Source: a virus
Direction: 5' to 3' (one strand)
IMG/VR virus record: IMGVR_UViG_3300050821_009856
Location: 22,248 to 86,247 of that record
Length of the DNA: 64,000 bases
Part shown: in pieces, positions 63,206 through 64,000 of the stretch
Layout of the letters: every line of letters begins with the position of its first letter
Position numbering within the stretch: the first letter of the stretch is position 1
The notes under the pieces: model-generated
The model's database searches: none
Told to the model about the DNA's origin: nothing
The model's input: only the letters and a program-made list of their open reading frames with translations
Translations under genes and position numbers: made by a program

Positions 63206-64000
63206 AGATCGGCGTCGTAGTGGCCCGATTTCAGGTCGACGAGTTGTCCAAGGGGCACAAGTACCTGCTCGGAGTTGTGCGGTCCCATTCGGACGTGGTA
63301 TGCGTCGTCCTCGGATACGACGAGAACCGTGGGAGCAAGAAGAACCCCCTCGACCTCTTGACCAGGAAGAACATGGTCGAAGCCTACTGGCGCGAGGAAG
63401 ATGGCCCAGAACGCCTGATCATCCTCCCAAAACATAACCGGCCAGACGACGCTGTCTGGTCCCAGGAGCTGGACAAGATGCTCTCGGAGACCTTCCCGGG
63501 CCATAGCATTACGCTGTACGGTGGCCGCGACAGTTTCCTTGCCAGGTATTCGGGTGGACTACCGACCTTCGAAGTGGCTGGTGACCCGCTCGTCCAATCT
63601 GGAACGGAGATTCGCAAGGCCATCTCCAAGCAGCCTGGGACGACCAAGGAGTTCCGCCGCGGCGTTATCTACGGCTGCTCGGATCAGTGGCCGCGGGTTT
63701 TCCCGTGCGTGGACATCGCCCTCTTTCGGCCGTGTGCGGTTGGCAAGCTGATTCTCGGTCGTAGGAAGGGTGAGACCTTGAATCGGTTCTTCGGTGGCTT
63801 TGTAGGCCAGGGCGAAGATCTAGAAACAGCTGCCCTTCGGGAGCTGAAGGAAGAGGCGGGGGTGGCCGGACACCTATTGAAATACCTCCACAGCTTTCCC
63901 GTGAACGACTACCGGTACCGGACCCCAGACGACGGTCAGGTGCTGACGTCTTTCTTCGTGTGCGAGGCAGCCCCTGGTGTAGTCCCGACTGCAGGTGATG
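63202..64000 (+). CDS. bifunctional NMN adenylyltransferase/Nudix hydrolase (NadM-Nudix), runs off the window
   Basis: GVVVARFQ..KGH, NPL..R, GGRDSF, SGTEIR, Nudix box GGFVGQGEDLETAALRELKEEAG. Confidence 0.85.
   Translation, partial: MKIGVVVARFQVDELSKGHKYLLGVVRSHSDVVCVVLGYDENRGSKKNPLDLLTRKNMVEAYWREEDGPERLIILPKHNRPDDAVWSQELDKMLSETFPGHSITLYGGRDSFLARYSGGLPTFEVAGDPLVQSGTEIRKAISKQPGTTKEFRRGVIYGCSDQWPRVFPCVDIALFRPCAVGKLILGRRKGETLNRFFGGFVGQGEDLETAALRELKEEAGVAGHLLKYLHSFPVNDYRYRTPDDGQVLTSFFVCEAAPGVVPTAGD

Noticed and set aside
1-64000. CRISPR array, rRNA, alternative genetic code
   Set aside because: No regularly spaced repeats or rRNA-like sequence; TAA, TAG and TGA all terminate full-length genes.

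Overview
64 kb segment of a large GC-rich tailed dsDNA bacteriophage with contractile-tail (myovirus-type) baseplate genes, read in the standard genetic code. There are three blocks. (1) 1-23.7 kb, + strand: replication and recombination genes (3'-5' exonuclease, DnaE, SSB, UvsY-like, RecA/UvsX, primase, DnaB-like helicase), then accessory genes (ClpP, PLP aminotransferase, CYTH, patatin, metallophosphoesterase, tRNA-Asn with a PD-(D/E)XK endonuclease, P-loop kinase, peptide deformylase, Pth2-like). One antisense sigma-region-2-like, zinc-motif gene sits between primase and helicase. (2) 23.7-55.2 kb, - strand: tail and lysis block (five fibre/receptor-binding proteins, lysozyme, baseplate with a Kelch propeller, spike, hub, tape measure, EndoVII, chaperones). 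Almost every intergenic gap carries a YAATCTT motif, a candidate late promoter. (3) 55.2-64 kb, + strand: RNA-repair/counter-defence block (Rnl1-like ligase, RNase H, Thg1-like, frameshifted vWA, cyclic-phosphate-processing receiver, RlaP-type nucleotidyltransferase, NadM-Nudix). The most notable observations are: a D-arm-less tRNA-like RNA that begins at the predicted transcription start of the RNA ligase mRNA; the candidate phage sigma factor with two HxxxCxxC motifs together with the YAATCTT promoters; an endonuclease ORF whose only plausible start codons lie inside the tRNA; and a hidden 49-aa Flp/Tad-pilin-like ORF. All protein calls come from motif recognition by eye; no searches were run. 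A myxobacterial host is only a weak inference.
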